From contig CBDDTI010000476.1 in NCBI GenBank assembly GCA_965233585.1, positions 1 to 22,674 on the forward strand: 22,674 nucleotides of DNA, in the 5' to 3' direction. Shown here one piece after another: positions 8,692-16,898 of the stretch. The notes under the pieces were generated by a model. The model saw only the letters and a list, made by a program, of their open reading frames with translations, made no database searches and was not told the DNA's origin. A program made the translations under genes and the position numbers. Numbering within the stretch: position 1 is the stretch's first letter; each line of letters starts with the position of its first letter. The stretch is from a bacterium (GTDB lineage: Bacteria; SAR324; NAC60-12).

Positions 8692-9524
8692 ATTGTCTCA
8701 ATATTGGTTTGCCGCACTTGATAATATCTGACCTTTTTTACATTATGGTAAAAATAATGACCCTCCATTTGCTTAGGTAAAGTTGTTGTAAACATAATTG
8801 TGGAATAATTATCACTGTTAGGAACGTCGGAAATAATATTTGATTTTACGTGAACCAAACCGGGTTTTAAAACGGAATACACTTTATTTGCTATGGTTTG
8901 AAACCTAAAATTTTTTTGTAACGGATAATACACATATTCGTTGTCAAATACCTTAATTGTTTTTTCTCCAGAAAATAACACTCCGTCTTTATAACATCTT
9001 AACTTTATAATTTTTATTAAATGTTGATGAATTAGTAAGTATCTATTATAATTGTAATTTTCATTTTCCGACTCATTTTCAGTTTCTTTTTTAGGACCTT
9101 CTTCAATTATGTAGACTCTTTTATTTTCACCGTCTGATTTGACGTCACCACTAGTCAATTTCATTCCTTCCTTGTAAATATATTGCATCAAGTGCTGCAT
9201 TAATCTATATATTGTCAGATCCTCTTCATCTAAATCGGGCAAAACCCAAACGGATTTTGTCTGGTCTAAAATCTCGGTCTTTATCTCCTCTTCTGAAGAA
9301 TTTATAGATGTTAATTCGTTTTTTAGCATTATGACACCGGTTTGACCTTTTGTCATGGTTAATTGGTTGTAATTATAATGTAACCCCATAGATACTATTC
9401 CAATTTCCCATTCTCTATTTTTCAAATCTAAATTTTGCGGAAATAAATTGGTAAAGGAATTTAAAGTATTTTTGACGTCCGTATTGGAACCAGCGTTTGA
9501 CACGCAATAAATGTTATAATCCAT
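8692..9524 (-). pseudogene. Minor capsid (penton-like) protein, C-terminally truncated by the LTR
   Basis: N-terminus YNIYCVSN....KNTLNSFTNLFPQNLDL..EWEIGIVSM typical of Polinton minor capsids; after VRQTNIETI the ORF reads into LTR sequence. Confidence 0.8.
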
Positions 9525-9530
9525 TCCGCG

Positions 9531-10613
9531 TTATTGTGACACATCAACTACATCTTTTTCATATGTCCAACTAGGGTTTTTATACCCTTTCCATTTCACC
9601 AAAACCATTTTTTTGCCTGTTTTTTTATCTTTTTTTGTTCGTAAAATCTTTTCAATCACAAATAATTCCGGCTCATTCACGGGAGTAAGTTCACTCTCGT
9701 AAAAATTCCCTTCCAGAGTTTCATCCTGTTCTAAAGTTTCTAATTCATAAGTAGGTTTAGGCAAACGAGTAAAAATTGATTTTATTTTAAAAATTTCTTC
9801 CTTAAATTGTGGTGTAAAACCTCTGTCAAATTTTTCCTTCATTATGCTAATGCGCACGGTTTGACCAATTTTGTATTTCGGTCTTTTTCTTTTAAACTTT
9901 GAATAATGCAATTCCTGTTTTCTTCTAATGAGATAGGTCCGACCAGGGAGCTCGGCTTCAGCGGGTGACATCCCAATCATGCGATGTTTACGATTGTTGT
10001 AGGTATGAACAAGAAAGGGCAACGCATCGATGTACCTATCTGTATTTTCGTGAGTCATGTATTTAAACATCAGATTTTTTAAAGTTCGGTTAAATCTTTC
10101 CACAAAGGGGGCGTGCACAAAATTGTTGCTGTGTAATAGAAGAATGTTATTGTTTTTGCAGTAGGCTTGAAACAATTTATTCTTAATTTCTGCGCCCTTA
10201 TCAGCTAAAATTCTACGTGGAAACTTTTTTGCTCTTTTCATAATAGACTCAAATCCCTCCATAAAAGTTTTTGCTGTTTTATTTTTTAAGGGTTCTACAA
10301 ACGCGAATCGTGTAAAAATATCGATGGCTGTTAAAAGGTATCTATTTCCGTCATTTTCTTCGATCAAATTTCCTAAATCTATAAGATCAATTTGAAATTG
10401 ATATCTCTTATGATAAGCAAATGTCGGATTTCTAGGTTTAGGTAATTTTGGTTGTTTATGAAGTGTGTAAGAATCAGTTCCCTTTAACCATTCTTCAATT
10501 GTCGTCAAAGGAATTTTTTTTCCATAATAATAATAAATCAACGCAGGAGATGCAAAAGCTATTGGTGAGCCTGGTCTTGCATATTCTTTTAAAAAAATCT
10601 CTTTTGTTGTCAT
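9531..10613 (-). CDS. Maverick rve integrase with C-terminal chromodomain
   Basis: FQIDLID, IDIFTRFA, ADKGAE, VERFNRTLK, YNNRKH..IGMSP; chromodomain FVIEKIL...LVKWKGYKNPSW. Confidence 0.96.
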   Translation of the reverse strand: MTTKEIFLKEYARPGSPIAFASPALIYYYYGKKIPLTTIEEWLKGTDSYTLHKQPKLPKPRNPTFAYHKRYQFQIDLIDLGNLIEENDGNRYLLTAIDIFTRFAFVEPLKNKTAKTFMEGFESIMKRAKKFPRRILADKGAEIKNKLFQAYCKNNNILLLHSNNFVHAPFVERFNRTLKNLMFKYMTHENTDRYIDALPFLVHTYNNRKHRMIGMSPAEAELPGRTYLIRRKQELHYSKFKRKRPKYKIGQTVRISIMKEKFDRGFTPQFKEEIFKIKSIFTRLPKPTYELETLEQDETLEGNFYESELTPVNEPELFVIEKILRTKKDKKTGKKMVLVKWKGYKNPSWTYEKDVVDVSQ

Positions 10614-10619
10614 TTCTTT

Positions 10620-11021
10620 TTAAAACAGGGGTTGTTTAGTTATTCTCCGTCTTTTTTTCCTAGATTTAGCAATTGACGGGGTTTTCCTCTTTCTGCTCAA
10701 ATTTTGAGCCCGATATTCGTTGTCGGTATCTGCTTGTCTAGCAGCGTTAAGCAAAATACCGCGAGTAGCGGATTTTAAACGTTGTTTAGCTTTTCTGCCG
10801 ACCGGTTGACCCTCCAAAGCTTCTAATGCTGTTTCTACCACCGCCTTTGTCGCCTCTTTTTTTAAAGCTTTACCTGCGGATCTTATCGGCGCGCTTCTAG
10901 CCACTTTTCCAATAGTTTTTACCGCTGATCTTGCTACCGGCATTAAACCGCGAAAGATTCCGGAAAAAAGTGATCCGATTCCCGAGCCTCGTTGCCAACG
11001 TAAGCCGCTGTGGTAATTCAT
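10620..11021 (-). CDS. Basic core/precursor-like Maverick protein (133 aa)
   Basis: QRGSGIGSLFSGIFRGLMP N-terminal motif, Ala/Lys/Arg-rich body, basic tail. Confidence 0.75.
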   Translation of the reverse strand: MNYHSGLRWQRGSGIGSLFSGIFRGLMPVARSAVKTIGKVARSAPIRSAGKALKKEATKAVVETALEALEGQPVGRKAKQRLKSATRGILLNAARQADTDNEYRAQNLSRKRKTPSIAKSRKKRRRITKQPLF

Positions 11022-11029
11022 ATATTTTA

Positions 11030-11776
11030 TTAATGCTTTAGACTTTTAAGACATCTGTATAAAGACATAACACTAACGCCTAAAATACGAGCCGTATTTT
11101 TGACGCTCGGATATAGTGTTCTTGTTTCTTTTAAAAAGGCATAAGCACATGCTGCTAATAAAGTCCTAGGAGCAAAAGAACTATTTTCATTTTTATTCAG
11201 TTTTTCTTTTATAGTTGTCATCTCTTGATAATTTAACTGTAGAGGCTGTAAAAAATATTCTGCCATATCTTTTGCTTTTATAGAATTTTCTGTTTTAATT
11301 GTGTTGGTCGAATCTTGTCTGTATAATTTTATCCATCGCCATACCGTTTTTGGATTAATGCCAACTTCCTGACACAAATGACTTATTGGACGGGGAATTT
11401 TTTCCTCTATTAAACTTTGATACAATACCATAGCAATTAAGCCTTTCGGATTAATTTTAATTTTTCCATTTTTTTGATAATGCCACGCTGCTATTTCTGA
11501 CCACAAATTAAAAATAGTGTTTGTGACATCATTATTTAAATGTAATTTATTACATAAATTTTTTAAAATATTTTTTTCTTTCTTCAAATGTTCGCTGTTT
11601 TGTTCAAATTCTTCATTTAAATTTTTTATTTTTTCCCATTTTATTTCTAAATTTGGTTCACAATATATTTTATCAATAACTAAACCACACTCAGTACACA
11701 CTACGTCTCCTTGTCTGGTGTCTTCTATTATATATTGATGAATGCACATTTTAATCCAATCTAATTTTTTGAACAT
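11030..11776 (-). CDS. TFIIB-like transcription initiation factor (start at 11776 or 11749)
   Basis: Zn ribbon CIH...EDTRQGDVVCTECGLV; two cyclin-like repeats (LCNKLHL...MVLYQSLIEEKIPRPISHLC; PRTLLAACAY...ARILGVSVMSL). Confidence 0.88.
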   Translation of the reverse strand: MFKKLDWIKMCIHQYIIEDTRQGDVVCTECGLVIDKIYCEPNLEIKWEKIKNLNEEFEQNSEHLKKEKNILKNLCNKLHLNNDVTNTIFNLWSEIAAWHYQKNGKIKINPKGLIAMVLYQSLIEEKIPRPISHLCQEVGINPKTVWRWIKLYRQDSTNTIKTENSIKAKDMAEYFLQPLQLNYQEMTTIKEKLNKNENSSFAPRTLLAACAYAFLKETRTLYPSVKNTARILGVSVMSLYRCLKSLKH

Positions 11777-11856
11777 AATTCCATTGTTTATTGAATGAAG
11801 TTCAAAATTTGACTGAATTTACAAATAAACCAACGTAATCTTTTATTATATTGAAT

Positions 11857-12399
11857 TTATTCGGTTTTATATTTTTTCAGCAATTCATAAATAATTTTTA
11901 TTCCTTGTTTAGCGTCTTCTTCGCTGGAAGCTCCAATTATTACTATTTTTCCAGACGAAAATATTAAAGCAGAACACTTCTTTAATGTTAAAAACATTCC
12001 AGGAAATTTCTCAGAGTCGTATCTCTTTTGGATAATCCCAAAATCTACATTTAATTTCAAATTGTTGTAAAATGTTAATAAATTGATTCTTGATGACATT
12101 TGACACAAACAAGTCATGTTTTCTATTTTAAACTTTTCAGTAATAAATTTACTACTTATAACAAGTTTTAATTCGTCTAATGCTTTTGGTATATGCTCTG
12201 TGGAAGGGATTTTAGTGATATTTACGTGGAAATTTCGACTCTGTTTTGTTTTGGTAAACACAATAAAAGAATATTTTTTTTTAACAACAGTAAAATTATT
12301 ATAATGTTTTATTACATTATCGGTATTAAAAGAAATTTTGTCGCTGTCGATGAGACGAATTTTGCAACTGATTTTAACATTGCTGACCATCACTTCCAT
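11857..12399 (-). CDS. TATA-binding-protein-like factor (~180 aa from ATG 12399)
   Basis: Two TBP repeats: VSNVKISC / IENMTCLC, RYDSEKFPGMFL, ALIFSSGKIVIIGA. Confidence 0.88.
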   Translation of the reverse strand: MEVMVSNVKISCKIRLIDSDKISFNTDNVIKHYNNFTVVKKKYSFIVFTKTKQSRNFHVNITKIPSTEHIPKALDELKLVISSKFITEKFKIENMTCLCQMSSRINLLTFYNNLKLNVDFGIIQKRYDSEKFPGMFLTLKKCSALIFSSGKIVIIGASSEEDAKQGIKIIYELLKKYKTE

Positions 12400-12406
12400 C
12401 TTTGGT

Positions 12407-13756
12407 ATGGGCTTGCCCGATAAAAGCGGAATTGCTGGATTGGCCGTGGAACAAAACGATGGCACAGAAAGTGGTTTAGCGCTTCACGCACCCTTAGAAG
12501 TAGAAACGGGTCTATTGGAAGGGGCTCACGTTATTTACAATAGCGTGGCTTCTATCACTAACACTGGACCGGTAGAATTTCTTGTTCCTCGCGACAACGA
12601 GTGTTCTTTTATACTGAGTCAAACCAGACTTAGTGGACATTTTGTAGTGACAAATGATGACGGCGGCTTTGTCACGGACGCAAGTAAAACTGCGTTGGTA
12701 AATCATTTTGCTGCTTGTTTATTTAGTCAAGTGGAAGTATATTTGAACGGTGTTCAAGTAGCTGATTTGAGTTCGGCGGTCACCTACCCCTGGAGAATGT
12801 TTTTACAATCATATTTAAGTTACAATATTGACGTAAAAGACACTTATCTGGCTGCTGAAGGATATTATCCTGAAAATGAAGACGAAGTTACTGCTACCAA
12901 AATTACTGAAGACGTTTCCTCTCATTCTTTAAAAAAAAGAAAAAAGTTAATTTTAAACGGAAAAAAAGTATTTTTCAACTCGCGTATAGCCGTTGATCTG
13001 TTTGACACTGATCGATTTTTACCTCCAAATGTGGATATCAAGATAAAATTGGTTAGATCGGCTGAAACATTTGGTTTGCTTCAAGATCCTGCAGCAGCAA
13101 AACCTTTCAAAATTGTGTTGAAAGATGTCAAATTGCATATGAGAAAAGTGTTGCCCACGTTGATAATACGAGAAAGTTTCAAAAACAAACTTTTAAAAGA
13201 ACCGTGCTACCTACCTTTCAGCTCTACACGTTTAAGACATTACGTTATTCCTCAAGGCGTGTCGTCTTTTAACATCGCTAATATTGCTAATGGAACATTA
13301 CCCAAACAAGTGTTTTTTGTGATGGTTCACAATCAGGCTATGTCGCATGCTCCCGACAAAAATCCTTTTAATTTTCAACACTTTAATCTTTCCTCATTTA
13401 ATTTAAAAAAGAACGGGCAATGCGTATTTCCCAAACCTTTTCAACCTAACATAGGAGAGGGGGACGTTGTTGACTTGTATCGGCATTTATACGACAGTAT
13501 AGGTATTTCGCACGGCAATCAGTCCATTGGCTTGACGTATGATGCTTTTATAAATGGAAGATTTTTTCTGGCGGCCGACTTGACACCGGATCAATGTAAT
13601 TCGTACCACACACATCCGGAAAATTATGGAAATTTAGATTTAGAGTTGGCTTTTTCCCAAATCACTCCTCATCCAATATACGTTCTAGCCTTATCTATTT
13701 TTAACTCCGGTATTAAAATAGATCAATTTCAACAAGTCATGAAAGGAACCAATTAA
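12407..13756 (+). CDS. Maverick major capsid protein (double jelly-roll)
   Basis: GPVEFLVP, VNHFAACLFSQVEVYLNG, RFLPPNVDIKIKL, KNPFNFQHF, GNLDLELAF motifs; ~450 aa; likely start ATG 12407. Confidence 0.92.
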   Translation: MGLPDKSGIAGLAVEQNDGTESGLALHAPLEVETGLLEGAHVIYNSVASITNTGPVEFLVPRDNECSFILSQTRLSGHFVVTNDDGGFVTDASKTALVNHFAACLFSQVEVYLNGVQVADLSSAVTYPWRMFLQSYLSYNIDVKDTYLAAEGYYPENEDEVTATKITEDVSSHSLKKRKKLILNGKKVFFNSRIAVDLFDTDRFLPPNVDIKIKLVRSAETFGLLQDPAAAKPFKIVLKDVKLHMRKVLPTLIIRESFKNKLLKEPCYLPFSSTRLRHYVIPQGVSSFNIANIANGTLPKQVFFVMVHNQAMSHAPDKNPFNFQHFNLSSFNLKKNGQCVFPKPFQPNIGEGDVVDLYRHLYDSIGISHGNQSIGLTYDAFINGRFFLAADLTPDQCNSYHTHPENYGNLDLELAFSQITPHPIYVLALSIFNSGIKIDQFQQVMKGTN

Positions 13757-13759
13757 AAT

Positions 13760-14242
13760 ATGGAGGGCGGGTTATCAAATATCTTTTTAAACAATTACAT
13801 TCGACCCAGATGTAAGAATTTCATCGGGGTATTTTCGGTCGACGACTTGCCATCTGATCCGTTCACATTGCCTTGCTGTCTGATCGCTAACTTATCCAAA
13901 AGAAATCAAGAAGGATCTCATTTCGTAGCAATGTACATTAACAAAAAAAATCAACTCTATTATTTTGATTCTTTCGGTTTTTTACCACCGATATGGAATA
14001 AATGCCTGATGAAGTTTTTACGACCCTGGATAGAGAAGAATTCCTTCAAAATTATCTTATCTCACCCAATTCAGAGTTTCCGTTCTTTGTTTTGCGGATG
14101 GTACACGTGCGCATTTTGTTTATCTGTGGGCAACAATTTAATGACCCCTCAACAATTCGTTAAAATATTTGTAAAAAATCCCAAATCAGAAAATGATAAA
14201 ATTGTAACTCATTTTATAAAAAAAATTGAAAATAAATGTTGA
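13760..14242 (+). CDS. Adenain-like cysteine protease, copy B
   Basis: His (GSHF), Asp (YFDSFG), Gln/Cys (IQS..SLFCGWY); AATAAA at 14231. Confidence 0.94.
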   Translation: MEGGLSNIFLNNYIRPRCKNFIGVFSVDDLPSDPFTLPCCLIANLSKRNQEGSHFVAMYINKKNQLYYFDSFGFLPPIWNKCLMKFLRPWIEKNSFKIILSHPIQSFRSLFCGWYTCAFCLSVGNNLMTPQQFVKIFVKNPKSENDKIVTHFIKKIENKC

Positions 14243-14254
14243 TATATTTTACTT

Positions 14255-15715
14255 TCATAACTTTGGATATTTTCCTGAAAAAAGTTTTTTAACAGAATCT
14301 GCTTTAGCTTCTGATTTAGACATTTTTCTTGTTTTTGATCTGGTTTTTGCGGGAGACATACCAGCTTCAATAGGGTCCCTTTTTGTTGGGCTTCTAGATT
14401 GAAACATTTTCATTGATTTTGATCTGGTTTTGGTTTGTGCAGGAGTCATGTTAGCATCAGCGGAATTTCTTTTTGTTGCGCCCTTCGACTGGGCTTTTCC
14501 AGCTGAAAATCGTATTTTAACAGGTGTGAGTGGAAATGAAGGAGAAGAGCTTCCAATTCCTCTTAATCTTCTTTTTCGAGGGGTAGAGGTCATTCCAAAA
14601 ATTTTATTCTGATCTCTTACAGACAATTCTTTATAATGATCTTTCATCATGTGTTTGGCAAATTGTGGAATGCCGACATATTGCTTCCCGCAATTGGGAA
14701 AGGGACAAACTATTTTGCCAGCCGCATTCTTTTCTTTCACTGCTTTCGCAATAGGTGTATTTCGCCATTTTAACACAACGGGAGATTTTATTGCGGAAAG
14801 TGCGTATGAGTAATCCATTTCGTTTGAGCTGTTTGTTCTAGCGTAAGGACTGGAAATCATTCCTTTAATGGTCTTTTTGTCTTTCAAAGCTATATCTTTA
14901 GGATGATCTTTTAGCAAATGTTTGCCTAATTGTCCTTCGTCAACATATTGCTTCCAACAATCAGGAACTGGACAAACTAATTTGCCTCTTGAATTTCTTT
15001 TCGTCATCGCTTCTAAAACAGGTGTTTCTCGCCATTCTTCCCGTTGGGTACCAACAGGAGTTGAATAAGCTGATTCGTTCGGACTTTTTGTTTTTTCAGG
15101 ACTAAGAGATTTTTCTGCAACAGATTGTCTTTCAATAATGGGGGTACTAGGTAAATTATTTTCTTCTTGTTGGGGAATTTCAGTGGGTGTTCTGTAAAGA
15201 GATACGTCCGTGAGATCCATATTGGTATCAATTCGAGCAGGTGTTAGTGCATTTGGTATTTCTTCTCGTTGCGTAATTTGGGTGGATGGAGATCTTGAAA
15301 CAGGGTGGTAAGCGCGGTCAATACTGCTACCTTTTTGGGTAACTCGACCAGGTGACATTACATTCTGTATTTCTTCTCGTTGAGGGATTTGAGTGGATGG
15401 TGATCTTGAAAGAGATTGGTAAGTACGACCCATGCTATCAGATTGGGCGATTGATGTGACATTCGGTAATTTATCAGACCCAAAACGAAGTAATTTATCT
15501 CCAGTTTGGATTATTTTCTGTCTGTCTTGTAGATTTTTAAATTTAATGGCATTTTCAATATAGTTGGTTGTTTCCGGTTTTTCATTCATAGAAATAAGTT
15601 CCTTTTTTGATTCATCGTCTTCCGTATTTTTTATTAATGAATAATATAATCTTTTAGGTACTAAAAACATGGAATACATCTCATCATGCGGTTTTATTTT
15701 TATTCCTGAACTCAT
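14255..15715 (-). CDS. 2xC2H2 zinc-finger, S/T-P-rich basic protein (~486 aa), copy B
   Basis: CPVPDC..H..KDH and CPFPNC..H..KDH; ATG 15715 lies one base after the upstream stop; MFLVPK N-terminal motif. Confidence 0.85.
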   Translation of the reverse strand: MSSGIKIKPHDEMYSMFLVPKRLYYSLIKNTEDDESKKELISMNEKPETTNYIENAIKFKNLQDRQKIIQTGDKLLRFGSDKLPNVTSIAQSDSMGRTYQSLSRSPSTQIPQREEIQNVMSPGRVTQKGSSIDRAYHPVSRSPSTQITQREEIPNALTPARIDTNMDLTDVSLYRTPTEIPQQEENNLPSTPIIERQSVAEKSLSPEKTKSPNESAYSTPVGTQREEWRETPVLEAMTKRNSRGKLVCPVPDCWKQYVDEGQLGKHLLKDHPKDIALKDKKTIKGMISSPYARTNSSNEMDYSYALSAIKSPVVLKWRNTPIAKAVKEKNAAGKIVCPFPNCGKQYVGIPQFAKHMMKDHYKELSVRDQNKIFGMTSTPRKRRLRGIGSSSPSFPLTPVKIRFSAGKAQSKGATKRNSADANMTPAQTKTRSKSMKMFQSRSPTKRDPIEAGMSPAKTRSKTRKMSKSEAKADSVKKLFSGKYPKL

Positions 15716-15716
15716 T

Positions 15717-16091
15717 TTAACGACGACGTCGCGAACTCTTATTCGCAATAATTTGAGCCAAAAGAGGGATGACGGTGCTGGCGATCGCTGATAAAACTCC
15801 TAAAATTCCGCCCTTTTGTAATATTTTTCTTTTTTTTGAAATGTCGGAAGAACGACGCGGCGGTGCAGCAAGACGTCTAAATTCTACCAAATGAGCTCTT
15901 ATCTTTTTTTGAAGACGTGTTCGTACTTTGCCATGTATGGGCAAGTCACCGTTCAAAACGTAATGTAATATACGACAAAGTAATTCAACACCGCGATCGT
16001 CCAAATGGCTTAAAAAATTTGCACAATCCTGATGTTTTAATTTTTTTATTACATTAAAAAGCGAACTAGCTTTTCCTAATGTTTTAGACAT
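15717..16091 (-). CDS. Small basic Maverick protein (124 aa), copy B
   Basis: QKGGILGVLSAIASTVIPLLAQII amphipathic tail; intact in both copies. Confidence 0.82.
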   Translation of the reverse strand: MSKTLGKASSLFNVIKKLKHQDCANFLSHLDDRGVELLCRILHYVLNGDLPIHGKVRTRLQKKIRAHLVEFRRLAAPPRRSSDISKKRKILQKGGILGVLSAIASTVIPLLAQIIANKSSRRRR

Positions 16092-16138
16092 TTTGACAAT
16101 TGCAATTTTTTATTTCTCTTAAATAGATATGAAAATCT

Positions 16139-16834
16139 TTAAACAGTAACGTAAGCTTTCATCAGACCCTCGTACGGAAAAATGTTGCTTCGAATTCTGA
16201 CTTTATCGTCTTGTTGTTGATGGAAATCTAAAAGGAGATATCCGTGACTTCGACCGTTAACAGCTTCCCTGTATGCTTTATTTAAAATCCCGACTCGTCC
16301 GGGGAAAATTTGTTTAGCCAAATGTGCAACCGCACTTCTGTCCCGAGGATTGTTAAAAAGGACCATATACTGTGTGTTTATGCTTAATGTCCGCAAATCA
16401 CCTTTTTTATCAAATAGATTTTGACACAGAAAAACGGTGAAACAATTGTAGTGATGAGTCAAAACCGTAAAAAAATGTTTTAATATTTGTCCAACATCGT
16501 CTAAATAATCGTCAAAAACAACTAATTTGGGCATTTTTCTTGGATATGATTCCAAAATATCTTTCAATTCTTCAATCGAATTTGGAATACTTTTAAATTT
16601 ACGAAATGTTGGAAAGCGAGAGTTTGAACGTTTGTCTCGATTCATATCTTCTTCCATGTATTCATAAGCTTTTTGCGGTTCTTTGTAGAACAACAACATT
16701 GTTTCTGGCGGAGTTGCAAAATATTCGTGCCTACCAACCACTAAATGTTTAAGCCACGTTGTTTTTCCACTCGATGTTGGGCCAACAATTAACATGTTGG
16801 AAGGAATACTGAACCTTAAATCAAAACCATCCAT
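16139..16834 (-). CDS. A32/FtsK-like DNA packaging ATPase
   Basis: Walker A IVGPTSSGKT, Walker B VVFDD, LCQNLF, NPRD; likely start MDGFD at 16834. Confidence 0.95.
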   Translation of the reverse strand: MDGFDLRFSIPSNMLIVGPTSSGKTTWLKHLVVGRHEYFATPPETMLLFYKEPQKAYEYMEEDMNRDKRSNSRFPTFRKFKSIPNSIEELKDILESYPRKMPKLVVFDDYLDDVGQILKHFFTVLTHHYNCFTVFLCQNLFDKKGDLRTLSINTQYMVLFNNPRDRSAVAHLAKQIFPGRVGILNKAYREAVNGRSHGYLLLDFHQQQDDKVRIRSNIFPYEGLMKAYVTV

Positions 16835-16898
16835 TTTGCTAGTTTTTGAAAGAATATTTAAAAATTTTTTCTTAAATAAAAGTAACAATATGTTTTAT

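Noticed and set aside
3099..8695. AATG / ATTG as a degenerate 4-bp TSD
   Set aside because: Mismatch despite identical LTRs, and the flanks belong to different genes
12350..12406. Signal-peptide-like extension MRRILQLILTLLTITSIFG in frame with the major capsid
   Set aside because: It is the antisense of the TBP-like first strand, and jelly-roll capsids are not secreted; probably coincidental unless a TSS maps upstream of 12350
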